From positions 3,075,181 through 3,139,180 of the forward strand of contig NMRA01000002.1 of NCBI GenBank assembly GCA_002633005.1: a stretch of 64,000 nucleotides of DNA, written 5' to 3'. This DNA is from Phoronis australis (taxonomy: Eukaryota; Animalia; Phoronida). Below, piece by piece: positions 26,758 to 39,780 of this stretch. How positions within the stretch are numbered: the stretch's first letter is position 1; each line of letters begins with the position of its first letter. The position numbers and the translations under genes were made by a program. The notes beneath the pieces are model-generated. The model saw only the letters and a program-made list of their open reading frames with translations, had not been told where the DNA came from and did no database searches.

Positions 26758-27257
26758 CAGCCTCTTAACCAAACCTAAAGATGGTGCTGATCGATTTAGC
26801 CATTTGAGGATTAGTTATAGGTGAAATAGCTTCTGTGCAATGATTGGCCGCTGCCTCGACGTCATTAAAACAAATGCAGACTTTAATTATTTTCACAGGC
26901 GTTTTGGTGCCATTCATGAAGCAGAAGGTCTGTTTTTGGTTATTGTTTGAAATAAAGGTTGTTGGCGTTCTTACTTTCTATTCTTTTTTAATAATAGTAT
27001 CATAGAAATTAATCTGTTTTCGAATCAAAATACATCGTTTTTGCAATAATTTAGACCTAAATTGCTGCAATAGACCGTAAATTTTCATTTTTTATATTAT
27101 ACTGCAGAAAATTTCAAAGTTGACATAACTTTGTATTACTCGTGATATTCCGGCGATTTCTGTAAAAATGTCAAAATTCTGACACATTTGATTTCCCGTA
27201 CTAAGCCTCGAATGCCTAAACCGATCAGCGCCATCTTGAGGCTTGGGGACGAGGCCG
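26758..27257. mobile_element. ~500-bp MITE, copy 1 (~60-bp TIRs, 9-bp TSD, Mutator-like)
   Basis: TIR core aagatggtgctgatcgatttagccatttgagg / cctcgaatgcctaaaccgatcagcgccatctt; flanks gtcttgtaa / atcttgtaa (8/9); reverse-complement copy at 56029-56528. Confidence 0.85.
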
Positions 27258-29097
27258 ATCTTGTAAATCCCCAGTTATTTAGCTCAGCACCGTCCTCAGA
27301 TGTAGTATCTCTCTCAGGAATGTGGCCTAGTTTCCGTTGATGAGACGACTTTAAAAAACTGACACAAATCGAATCATACAATGTTCATGTACGACACCTG
27401 GCATTTTTTAACTTTAAAGTTTTGAAAATCGTTAAGTTTTGAAACTCAAACGGCTTCTGCGCCCCCTTTGGCATTATTTACCTCATGAATAACATCGTCA
27501 AATGCTTTCACAAGAATTTGGATTGAAGAAGATAAAACGATGTATCCACGGAAATGAAAGTGGGGTTGAAATCCTAAAAGGCGTTTGTATCTAGACAAAT
27601 CACTTGTTTTGTTTGTTTTTTTTTGGATGTTGCCCAGGATTTTTACGAAGCCTCTCGGAGTGGTAAATAAAAATACAACATAATAATATAAATACTTAGT
27701 GATTTGCGTTAACTTTGGAATGTGGTGAATTACGATGCATCAATGCCGACAGTGGTGCACTTCTATTTATTCAGATATTTATATTTTAAAGACTTTTATT
27801 AAAACTGGAACATGGCTAAGTTTCTGAGCAAGAGTGGCGATAAAGTTGTGACGAGTTGCTCGATTTCTTGTTTCTATAAAGAGACTCTTTGCGCAATTAA
27901 TTTTTATTTTTTTAGTTTAACCAACACAAGAGATAATGATACGACATCGATTTCAAAATTCGCGACCAGTCATGTTTCCAAATCTTGACTATTTTCCTGA
28001 TAGATACAATCAGGCAGGCACTCTTAGGAACTATTTCTCGTTGTTGCCAAAGAACCACTCACTGTTGTGAAAAAATACATGTATACCCTCACCCAAATTC
28101 ATTCATCACAGGTGCTCGATTTCTATTCACCACTTTGTAGTTGATTTCTTGATGTCCAGTCTCCTGCGAGGTTCATATTTTGTACCACAATGCACCGTTG
28201 ACCTACTAACGTCAACTCCTCCTCTGACATAGTTTGACTCGAGGCATTGAAAACAACTTAGAAAATTAAAAGGTTTTGGTGATAATTAAGTAAATTATGT
28301 ATAGTGTGAATGTTGAAATAGGGAAGAAGGTAATGACAAGTTAATTCTGAAGTTTTCATTTAAAAGGGGTTTCAGTAAAATCGCCCAAGGCGTTATTTTG
28401 CTATGAATGTACCTTTCTTAAAAATACTTAAAAAGGTGTTAACGGGATGATAATAGTGGCACATAAATATAATATCTGATCTTTTTTCTTTCAGAAAATA
28501 AATACTTTTACTAGTTGACATAGCGTGTTTTTTATGTATTAGTTAGAATGAAGGTCACTGAATAAGGTTTGAGACTAACTTAAAAGTCCATTATCTGTTT
28601 TACGACTGTAAATGCATTTTTGGGATTAATGTTGAATGGGATAGACTTGTTGAAGTTATTATCTTTTACTAAAGCTATTAATCAACAAAAACGTTGTGGT
28701 TTCGTGATTTTATTTCAAATTACCGTTGTCTGCTAGACATTTGCTGAAATTAGGACCGATTAAAAACGCTTAAAACAGTCTATCGTTTATTAAGAGGGGT
28801 TTAGGTCCGCCAGCAGAGCATTTGATTGCGACCTCGCTGGATGCATGCTCGATTCCGCGCTGAGACTGATCTCAGTAAATCACTTTTCCAACCAATAACG
28901 TCACTTTAAGATTGTAAGCTACCTTCATTAGTGGAGATCGAAGTATTAATAGTAGACCCATGAAACTTACGTATTTTTTTAAATATTTGACGATCACATA
29001 TTTATTTCTTGAGATCATGCTTGGCGCTTGAAGTGACACGCTGTGACAAGCCAAGTTGTAGAGCCAGCTTTGAAACAATATCCAAGTGCCAGCTCTT

Positions 29098-29190
29098 CTG
29101 AACCCCTGAAATCGTATCCAATTTGTATAACGAAGAATCTGAGACCAATTTCACAACAGTAGTCTAAATCAAAAGTTTTCTGATGGGCTA
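29098..29190 (+). repeat. Short diverged dispersed repeat
   Basis: gaacccc.gaaatc...gagaccaatttca.aacagt...gtctaaatcaa.agtt also at ~60118-60205. Confidence 0.6.
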
Positions 29191-29525
29191 TGAGATTTTT
29201 GCCGCTTTAACCAACCAACGAGGGCAATTTTCTGGAAGTGAAATGTATCCTATTAAATAAGCCGTTACAAAATTGTTGCTCTCCAATATTGCGAACCGGC
29301 TAAGTGGGTGGGAATGTTCCGCCAAAGTAGTGCAAATGTATAAATCACAGTGTTGGGTGACGACTGTTGTTCATTTAAGTGAATGTCCATACGGCTTGTA
29401 TCAGAGGTTATTTAACGAAATCGTCTCTCTGCTCAGATGTTTTGCTTTTTACCAATATCGATTCTAGTACCATCTAGATCATCTTGTTCTTTGTCTAGAC
29501 GACTGATTGGTCCTTTTTGTTTCAG

Positions 29526-29674
29526 ACCAGGCGTGCGTTCAGTAGACGCTAGGACCTAGCTAAAACCTAGTCAAAATCACGTGCTCTCATTTGAAATGCA
29601 CGGCAATATCTCGCGTAATCTCGCGAAGTCTTGTTTTTTAGCGAGCTCCTAGCGTTACTGAACGGGAGGCAGGT
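29526..29674. mobile_element. ~150-bp MITE family copy with perfect 9-bp TSD (Mutator-like)
   Basis: accagg...gcaggt termini; TSD ttgtttcag at 29517-29525 and 29675-29683; same family as 18703-18840. Confidence 0.82.
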
Positions 29675-30063
29675 TTGTTTCAGGGTGGGGGTTAGTTTCA
29701 GTCGTCAATGCAATAAGGCCATTACGAGGATTCCAGACGTTTTATTGCAACTGGTTTTAATTCAAACAAAGAATTAGAAAGCGACTACTTTGCTTTGCAA
29801 GAACGAGTGTGCTTGTGATGAAAGGTGTCCATATTTCGTCACCATAATCGGTGAATTGATCATGCGATGTTGTCAAGTAGGAGAAATGACACGCGAAGTA
29901 AAATGTTGCAATTCTTGCTCGGATGGGGTGGGGTGATGGGACTTACATTTACATGTATGTGTAGTTGTTTGTCCAGCTAGCCTCTAGGAATGTCTCATGG
30001 GAATACCTTTAGTATTCATTTGTAGTTGTCGAAAATTTCTCACACATTTCTTCTCTTTTCCAG

Positions 30064-30662
30064 AAACGTTGTGCCCGCAATGTGTGATACCGGAGCTGTT
30101 ATTCAAAATCATATTTTGGCTCGGCTATTGCAACAGTCTGATGAACCCCGTTATCTATGCATGCAACAGTCGGGACTTCAAGCGTGCTTTCCGGCAGATT
30201 CTGTCTTGCAACCTGAGCAGACGAAGACGAAATCGTAGTGAATTCTATGGTGGTTCTTCATTCCGTCGTTCAGTATCCGCGCTTTCGACAAGATCGCAGA
30301 ATGAGAATGAAAAGGTGATACAGCTAACTAACATTGCTCACAAAAGTTCGGATGCAAGTATTACTTCACCTTCGCCGATGCTCCGACAAACGTCATTTAC
30401 GGACGATAACTGTAACAAAAATTTCCACTACAACGGCCATTCGTCCAAGCAAAGCCTGTGTTCATCGCGTGCCATCGAAAGCCCGAACACTCAGTGTTTC
30501 GTTAGAGACCAGAAATCGCCACCGACAAATGGGACAGTGACTTCTCAGTCAGAGCACACCAAAGTCCATGGGAGCGACTTGTCCAGTAGTTGGGACAATG
30601 TAGATATAGATCTGACCAAAAATGCAAATAGTGTCCCAAAAACGCAGTTGAGTGATAGATAA
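30064..30662 (+). CDS. ADRA1: Last coding exon of an aminergic class A GPCR, alpha-1 adrenergic receptor-like (ECL3, TM7, helix 8, Ser-rich C-tail)
   Basis: Polypyrimidine acceptor ttcttctcttttccag ending 30063 (phase 1); [37 protein letters not shown] has WLGY.NS..NP.IY (NPxxY) and F+xAF helix 8, then an Arg cluster as in alpha-1 receptors; stop TAA followed by TAG. Octopamine or invertebrate dopamine receptor not excluded. Confidence 0.85.
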
Positions 30663-31123
30663 TAGTGGAATCATAGACATCTTAATACTGTGATGTCTAT
30701 GGGTGGAATATTGTATGTGCTGATCTTGAGGATGTTCAGTTGACCTATTGACCTTACACGTGCATGGAATGACGATTGTGGTACTCAAGGCTTGTGTATG
30801 GTGCACACCTCCCATGATTTATCGTTTTACGCATGCGTAAGAGGACCCGTAAAAAGGTCCATGGCATTCTTTTTATGACACTTTTTATAATAATGGAGAA
30901 TTTACATCATCTCATGAACTGAAACTAGGTTTATTTATTGTAAACATTTATTGTCCAAAAAAGTTTTCGTTTGGCGTATCCCAAACTTCTTAAGGCATGC
31001 GCACTGATGCCCACACATGGGTTTCTCATCAGTGTTCTCATGGATATTAAAACCATCATTTACATTGTTTTGACAAGTGATTACATCGTAACATCATTAA
31101 ACCTTCCTTTATAACACTGCATA

Positions 31124-31387
31124 TCACGACCGTGAATTCATTATCCCTAAAACGAGAAAATAGAAGAAAAGTGAGTTCAATTGAAAGTTTCTTAGCTCCA
31201 AGGCAAGTGTGACGTTTGAACGGACCCAGCGCCAATGTGTCATGTCTGCCAACAGGCGAGATTCTTGCACACACTTGTGCCGTATGCGCACTTCTCCGAT
31301 GTCCCGAGGGAAAGTGAAAAGAGCCACAGCGTGGTCAAATACTAAGTTGTACATGTAACAACAACGACAAACGCAACCACTCGCCAT
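31124..31387 (-). pseudogene. Probable decayed THAP domain remnant
   Basis: MASGCVCRCCYMYN...VALFTFPRD...VQESR...W: N-terminal Cys cluster and LFxFPxD motif typical of THAP; the conserved W and CSxHF are lost. Confidence 0.45.
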
Positions 31388-32806
31388 TACTTATTGTACC
31401 ATACACCTCGGAAAAACGAGAAGCAATACCTGGTTACTTTTCAAACTAAAACACAATGGAGGATGACTGGTGCAGTAATTTGATGTCCCGACTTTACGTA
31501 TGTTTCGGTCAATAAATGCTCGTAACTCGAGATCAGCTAATTAAGAGATCGCCAGATAGTATTTGCGGGTGTCCTAATTTGACAGCTCAGCTGATCGACT
31601 CTCTTTTTTGTGATGTTTTTGACATGAAATTGTTGATTTTAAGCACTTTAAAACGATCTTCCCTGGTTTCGGTCGTTTTAACCTTTTTCAGGATTTTGTT
31701 GATCCCCGAGGCAGAAGAAGGACCTGCAGCTGGAAACGTAAACGTAGTACGTTTCTTCGCAACCCCNCCCCCCCCCCCCCCGGCCGTGACGATAAGGAGC
31801 TGCAACTGTCAGTCAATGCCATGGGAGGCACTGTATTTTTCTCACTAGGTTTTGCTGGGCAGTGCACACGTCTCTTTCTTCCACTATGTCGAAAATTCTA
31901 TGAACGAAATGAAATGTGACGAGTCGTTTCAGCTGACGCATGACCACGGAAACCTCATTGTGTCTCGTGTTTTTGGCCCTTTCACGTCCATTGAGGCTCT
32001 GAAAAATAGGTGGCAAAAACTGACAAATTTAATTCCAAAACCACCACTTCTCGCCACTGATAGACATAAGTCAACGCTATGTTCTTAGAGGAATTTTCCT
32101 AAATGTGATCCAAAAGTGCTACCATCCTGCTAGATTTTATGCATTATAGGGTTGTTTGTGCCAACTTGAAGTCGCAGTCGATTTTTGTGTCACTACCTAG
32201 GACCAATGTCACTTCGCAAACTGCACCAATGCTACAAGGGGTCTCTATCTTGACGAAAAGTGTATAGCCAAACTAGAGGGCTTTTCTCATTCCTAACATG
32301 TTTATAAAAACAAGCAAACCAGATTTACAGGTTTCTCCTGGCGGACACGGAAAAAGAAGAAGGGGTCGTTTTGTGAACTGGCCTTTTTAGCAACAGATCT
32401 CTTGAGATTGCGAATTCTTGTGAAGAAAACCGTAAACAGAAAAGATAATATTACATCCCATGTATGTTTTGAAACAACTGTGAAGTTGAACATTCCAAAT
32501 TGCCTTGAAAACCTCCGCTCGCGATCGGCAACGCTCGGCTGGTTTCTGACTAAGCAAATATCCTAGGGCAGTTTTCAAACGCTAACTTTTATGATTTCCA
32601 AAAAGGCTTATTCAAAGCAACATTTTCGTGTTTCCGTATATCCGTGTAAAATTATGCATTTTCGAAGAAAAATCATTTGGGCGCGTTTTCTCATACAGCT
32701 CAACAAGTGAACACTAAGAAAAAATAATGTTGAGTTTTGGGGTGCCCAAACATTTCCATCGGGTAGACACTACTTGTTATAACTGGATGCCGCTGTGAGA
32801 ACGCAT

Positions 32807-33112
32807 ATGGACCCAATTCAAGCCGACAGAAGGCGCGTTCCAAAACGAGGTTCGCTACGATAGCTCTGTTAGCTTATCGGCATAGTTTGATTTCAGTCCG
32901 CGTTGCTCCGCGAACGGCTAGAAAAAATACGGAAACTCAACTGTCTGCTTTACAATCCCTAAACACGTTGAGATTCGGAAGCGTTGGGTCGTTGTCATAC
33001 GCCGCGACGAAGCAAAATATGTCCGTGTAAAATTTATAAATGTTTTCGAAAAGATCATATTGTTGCCAAGCATCATAGTAACGACCGGAGAATGGGCCAG
33101 CCAGGCTGTTTT
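32807..33112 (+). mobile_element. Non-autonomous DNA transposon end carrying a THAP remnant, copy 1
   Basis: Near-identical to 42950-43266; frame from 32898 reads PRCSANG*KKYGNSTVCFTIPKHVEIRKRWVVVIRRDEAKY. Confidence 0.75.
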
Positions 33113-34766
33113 CATGACTACGGGTTGAAACATTATATTTTTTCTTTCCAAAAAGGACAGGGCCCTCAACCCCTCGAATTTGGGGCCCAATATCGGCCCT
33201 ATTCCCCTCTCAAAAATATTGAAATATCACGCAAAATTCCCCCCACTAAGCATAAAAATTCCCCTAGTGAAAAATCTTTCTGAGTTCACATCACCTGTAA
33301 CCACACAAGTGACAATTTTAAGAGCACAAAAGGCTAATTTAAATTGATACAGAGCCTATGAGAGCTTGCAACAGGGTGGGGGTGCTATTGATGGTGATCG
33401 GGAGGTAGATTTTTCCCTTCACTCGGCGAAAAAATCGCCTCTCCGTAGGCACTGGCACCTTTCCCCTCGGATGAACGAGGCTCCTGGAGAAACATGATAA
33501 ATATGATTGCTTTATCCAGTTTACTTAAATTGAGTTCTAAAACAAGGTTATGCTTTGGACGAACGAATTAAGTATTTAATTTTAAAATTCAACTTGGTCC
33601 AGATTGATATTTGAAACCTAACACATGAAATAGACGTAACAGTTATTACAACCAAGAAAACAGAATTGATGGTCAAATAATTTTTATTTTCAATTACGAG
33701 CCTGGTTTTTTATTTTAATAAAAAATATATTTAATGACATCAATTATTCTTTCAGATCAATGACAAATCAACTGTTAGTCCCAGTGAGTGCATAGGATCA
33801 GGCTATGCTTGATGTTAATATTCTTGATCAACAAATTAAACCAGATGTGACTAATATTGCACATGACACAGTCGAATATGTCTTCAACTCGTCAACAATA
33901 CGAGCAGATGACCTGGTCCGCGTAGAAAGTATTTTGATCAACAATTTACAAGAAAAAACGTAACCCTGCATTCAGCATAATACCTAATCTGTAACACTAC
34001 GATCGCCGCAATTTAGTCATATTTACTTTTCATGTTTCAAACCTACTACAGTGACGGATCTNCGCCGCCATGCGGATAATTAGCTTGTGGAAGTAGCCCA
34101 TTATTTCCACTAGTTCGTGCTGCTAAGAACCATAATGGTAGATTAATGAGCTGTCCAGAGGCACCGGCCAACGAAACGGGTAAAATATGTAAGCACAGTA
34201 CAAAACTATTCGTGTCACCAGGTTGATATTTTGTCATATACATGTCTACAGCGCAAGCCTAAATTATTCAGGCAAAATGACAAAGATTTCTCCGTCCACT
34301 GACGACTGGACGGAAACCGAATGCATCGTCAGAGACTTTTCTCATGACCAAGAGTGAAGAATAAATGACAGAAAAGTCTGGGCTGCTAATAGAATTAGTC
34401 GTCATGAGGAGTAGTATTTTGTCAGATTACTTTTGTCACGGAACATGTGCTGTAGATAATGTTCCGTAAACCAAGTTTCTTGGCAACAGTACTGAATGTT
34501 TCCTGTGTGCGCTTAACGGAGACCTCACTATAGCCTATCCTATCAAAATGTTGGTCACTGTAGTGATTGGTTGGTGAGGTTGGAATGTTGAATTGTGGGA
34601 TTGTATTCACTGTTTCCATTCTTAAGCAAAGATTTTTCGCATCGACAGTAAAAGGTCTTGCCGTCTACGGATCGCGCAGCCCTCATCTTTGCACTGTTGT
34701 ATGCCCCACGTGACATTTGCGATTGCTTACTCGCGTCATTACCCAGAGACGGTTAATACCAGTAGC

Positions 34767-35999
34767 ATGGGGAGCGTGGAGCAAAAAGCCACAGTTGGAC
34801 AACTGTTAATGAGTTTCACACTTGGACATCTGCAAGCTTTACCGATAGACTGTTTTAATGCCGAGCTGCCAGTATTAGTTCAAAGACTACCAGAATATTG
34901 GGATTTGCCAGCTTTCATGGGCATGGAGTATGCCGGTCTCTCCGCAGCAGTCTCAGCAATTGTTGCAATTCTGATCAAGAAGACGACTGTGATCGACGCC
35001 CTCAATAGACACAGGCCAGTGCTGCTGTTAGTTATGGGGTTTCTGATGACCATTTTCCTGGTTTTAATGATGGCTCTGTGGGATGTCACTTCAGAAATGT
35101 ACGGCAAAAAGCACAGTGTGGCTTTCCAACTCATCAGGCTGCTTACTCTTTCTCCGTCGACGATTATCTATATATTTGGGTTGTCATATGTAGGTACATT
35201 TCCTCACAAATGTGTGGCCGCGTTTTCTTTAGGAATGGACAGCTGCGGTGTCGTTTATGCATGCATAGCCTTTTTGCAGCGTGCAGACGACTTTGATTGC
35301 GTCGGAAAAACTGATACCACGGCACAGTATATAAATTTGAGCTCCACTAATCAACTTCAAAAGTTTAGACACTGGAATGAAAGTTCAACAGAAGTCGTTT
35401 TCAGACCGCCGTTGTTCTCAGTGGTTTCTTATTTTGGCATTGTAACGGCTTCATGTCTGTGCTGTTGCGTTTCTCTTCTCAGTCACATGATTTTTCTCCG
35501 TCAGTGGCCAGGAAATGTAACCTGCAATGGTGGAGATTCTAAACAAATGGAAGAAGACATCGAACTGTTAATTGATCAAGATGATATCGAAGAGTTGGAC
35601 TATGAGATGTGCGAAAGAGAAACACTGGAATCATTAAAGCAACCTCCGGAAGCATCCGATCAAAAAGAGAACATTACTAACACGTCATCAGTTGGTGTTT
35701 TAATGTGTACTTATATCTTTTTGCTACGAGGGGTCCGCTATGGTGTAAATAACCCACTAATGACGTATGCAACATTGCCTTATGGCTCCCTGGCTTTCAG
35801 CCTGTCTCAACGACTTTCATCTGCCGCAGAACCTGCTGGAAGTCTTGCGTACACAATTTTCCCAGTTCACTCAATACGAACAATTTCTCTTTTAGTGGTT
35901 ATGTTCTTGGCGCTCTCTCTATACATATGTGTGGTATCGGTAATGAGCCCTTTCCCACCTCTTGTGTCGACGTATCCTATAATCGGCAGTGTCTTAGTG
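34767..35999 (+). CDS. SLC52A: SLC52 (riboflavin transporter family)-like protein, coding exon 1
   Basis: Multi-pass hydrophobic ORF with SLC52 landmarks ELPVLVQRLPEYWDLP (cf. ELP..V..LPEGW.LP), PPLFSV..YF, TYATLPYG (cf. SYSCLPYG), MSPFPPLV (cf. SPCPPL); phase-0 donor gtg|gtgagt at 36000. Start ATG 34767 inferred. Confidence 0.85.
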
Positions 36000-38494
36000 G
36001 TGAGTAAGCCTACTTTTCGTACAATCAAATAGTTTTTTTAGTGCAACCAGCGCCGGATTGTTCGTTAAAGTACAAATTTCGTGGCTAATGCTAATTAAAT
36101 ATGGATTTCCTGGCACGGCTGAGCAATACCTACCACAAGTGAGCCTAATCGTCATTTGCAATTCGTTCTCAAACCCCTCCCCCCGCGGTGCTTTGACGTC
36201 ATAAGCAGTGTACCGGCATGTGATTGGAGAATTCTTCTCTGTTTTCATTGTTCGTATGGTTGTCCATAATTATTGTTTATTTCTACAAGCATTTTTTGTC
36301 GATCAAACGAAAGCTTAGGCATATGTCTAGGTTTTCTCTCACCTTTGTACTTGTTCGACTTGTCACTCAGTCCTGTCGAACGACATGCTCAGGCCCAAGT
36401 CTCGCCGATTATGCAGACGCCGGTACAACCGGATCAAGCGAACACGGATCACCGGTACTCGTACTCGCTCCAATTCATTGTCGTCAACTTCGTTTTCTTA
36501 GCGTTTGTCACTTGTCAGACAAATCATACTGTTCACTTTGAAAGCGCTCCTCGTAAAAATAGTTCATTTCATCCATTCTTGGCGAAAATCATGATTAACT
36601 GATAAACATTGTTTATGTCGTCAAGTGCTTAATTGGGGGAATGTGATACGAAAAAGAAAAATGGAAAATGGCGGACTATGAACGATTTTTAGCCTTGTCA
36701 GTGTCGTGACAGTTAATATTTCGTTTCTGCAGTAATGTAAATAGCCGCGTGTTGGAAGCACATACATGTACAATGCCCACACCCTGATCTGTCCGATTTA
36801 AACGGTGTGTTATTCATACTGTTTGAATACAGGACATCAACCTAAACACAAGTCAGCGACAGTAGAAAAATGCACTTCGAAAAGGCACAACAACAATTTT
36901 CTGATTCACATTTCTTGAACATGATGTAGTCACCGATTTGTATGTACAACACACCACACACTATATCCGCCTTTACATGCCAGTTTATTTACGTAAAGCG
37001 CTACCTGTTAAGAATTCGACTAGCCAATCAGAAACGCCGGGGTAAAAAAATCCCCTAGGAAAATTAAATGATACCTGCGTGTTCTCTACCACGTAGTGGG
37101 CACACAGGGAACCAGCGAGCACACCGATATGGCTGGAAAATGTCATTTCACATATGCCGGGTAAGTCGTCTGTTTGGCCTTTACCGGTTATCGAATCCAA
37201 AACAGGCGATCTTAGATATTACATTGTTTAGTTAGAGACATCAGATTTTGAAAAATATCAACGAAAGTTGTTCCTTAACAGTTTAAAATGATAATAGATC
37301 ACATTTTGTTCATTTAGACCCAAAGTCCAATCTTAAGCCTATTCTGTAGCAGGCTAACTTTTGGTCTTAGCTTAGATTGATTTCGGTCTGAAATTTGCCA
37401 CTTATAGATCTCATGAAACGGGACTAAGTTAAAAAGGAAAAGTTTCTTGAAGCGGGCTCTTGGATTTGTAATTTAAGCTTAATAAGCTACAGCATAGGGT
37501 GTGCTGCACAAAATAGGGGCCCTATGGGGGTGGGGCTAGATCGGATATTATAGCGACTGGAGGGAGGACTCCGTAGTGACCTGGGCGGTAGGTGCATGAA
37601 AACCAAGAGGAGGTGAATGAAAAATTTATGACTACCGGTTCGCAGCTCAGCCCAAATTACAAGGACGTCTTGGCTTAAATCTGCAACACGGAAATGTTTC
37701 CAGTGTACTTTTTGGTCGAAAACAAATTTACAGATATAACTGTTAAATTTACACTTTCCGAGAGTTTGTAATTAATGTATTATAGTCGGGGACGCACTGG
37801 CCGACACGTTTAGTTTACTTCAAACACATAAACCCATTTAGCTTCATAATTTAGGTTCGTGCAGGTGTTTAATAGAACACATTGAATAATTAATCAGCCC
37901 GCAGGCCCCAAAGGACCCGTTTACGTAAACTGACGCTAATGTGGATTATTTTACTGAAATCTGCTTCTGACACCTTCTACTGTTTCATGGATTGTCGTTT
38001 TTGCTGAAGTGTTTTTGAGCGAACTCACGATATGTCGTCTATTTCCGCGACATGTTCTTTGACAGATCTAGGTGAGCCGACTCGTGGATGAGAAGGTCTC
38101 GCCACCTAGTGATGCATAAGTACATTCTGAAATTTTGACGCCATTAAGCACTCCAATTTGCTTATAAATAAAGAATTTAAAAATGACTTTTGGCTGACAT
38201 TGACAATTGGTATAGCCAATGACAAGCAATTCTACAAGCGAGTTCAGAGTTTTTTTGTTAGCAGAAATAGGAACTTGTCTTGAGCGAAAATAACCGCAAT
38301 TTGGGAACATTCGTGGTAGTATATGTTTTTTGTTTGTTTCATGTTGAGGTGGCGCCCCCTGAAGTACTTTAGCTAGGTTGTAATCTTCACAATATTCACC
38401 TAAACAAGGACCGCAGTTAGATTATTTTGATGTTTCACTCATGTTTCCAAGGTTACTGACTTCGATGGAGCTAGTTTACAGGCTATTAAATCAT

Positions 38495-38830
38495 GAAATT
38501 GCATAATTTATGCAAATTAAGATCACCATTATTTAGAAATCTACTTGTGCTTGTACTCGTGGTGCCAAGCACCACATGTAAATTTGTTTAATATTTGCAA
38601 CCATGTTTCTATGGTTAGTTAATTTATCGAGATCAGTTTGTACACTGTTGCAGGATAAATTTGCATAAGTTATGCAAATAATTGCCACCATTATTCAAAG
38701 TTGTGTCTGTGCTCGCAACTTCTATGAGGTAGTTTATATAGATCGTTTTGCTATTTGCACACATGATTTTCTTGTCAGTGAAATGAGTTCGCATGTCCTT
38801 ACAGCATAAACTTGCATAATTTACAATTCC
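38495..38830. repeat. Degenerate ~155-bp tandem units with palindromic ttgcataa.ttatgcaa motif
   Basis: aattgcataatttatgcaaatt (~38498), atttgcataagttatgcaaat (~38660), cttgcataattttacaatt (~38811). Confidence 0.55.
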
Positions 38831-39204
38831 TGCAAACAAATGTGCACACTATTTACTTAAACTTAGAATGATCCCTCTAACATACACAGTTCATTACTAT
38901 GTGTGCACGTGAATAAAAAGTTGCAATTAACTACAAAGTATCCACGAGTCGAATAATCCAATCTACTTTTTCCACAAAAGGATGGTGCTCAGCTAATTAT
39001 AAGTCATTAAGGAGTGTGAACACTATCAATGTAAGCGCCCCAATGGCGGTCTTAATTTACTGATAAAAAATCCTTTAAAGTTGTCAAGATTACAACCCTA
39101 AAACGCTTCAGGGGGGCACTTGGTTATGGAACAACCAAAAACCTTATGCTGCCTGATATTTATACATGTAGGTAACTAGACTGGACTACCGGGGGCAAAA
39201 ATTG

Positions 39205-39530
39205 CGGTCCTCTAAATTCCAGCTACGATCCCCTGAACCTCATTTTCGGGCCAGCAGACTCCAAACACGCAATACAAATCCCCAGACCCGCGTCCCTAAA
39301 CTCCAGCAGTGCTAGATTCCTAAATCCTGGCCAGGAATTTGGTCGTCAGAATTCATATTAATTTGGAGTTTGGTCACCGGACACGTAACATTTTCGGGGT
39401 TTGGGGTCACGGATTTAAGGACTTGTACCGCCGGTTTGGGGCGAGGTTTTAGACGTTTGTACCTCGAGTTTAATGTCTGCTCATCCGAGACTAGTAGGAT
39501 TTAAAAATGGTCACTGGAATTTGGACGCGC
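39205..39530. repeat. Degenerate foldback (MITE-like) element
   Basis: Left half rich in cc.aaa.cc motifs, right half in gg.ttt.gg motifs; ends ctctaaattccag / ctggaatttggac. Confidence 0.5.
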
Positions 39531-39780
39531 TTACATCCGTTTACGTTATATTTTAACCTTACATTTACTGAGTTAAATACTAAGGTTATTGACATGAGTT
39601 TTGAGCATTTAACCAAATAGCTGCTTACCTATTTGATTTCAACTGGTAAAAGCATATATTTAGTGAAGGTAGAAAGCTCGTAAAATTTGGTTTTTGACAT
39701 TTTATTTGTTTATAATCAATTGGGTCAATAAAATTTAACCAAAAAGAAAAGTGCATCGGGAGAAAAACAACGATATCAAG

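Noticed and set aside
29997-30063. ORF-track start of the GPCR as a standalone 221-aa protein
   Set aside because: First 22 codons are intron (polypyrimidine tract and acceptor); the real exon starts at 30064
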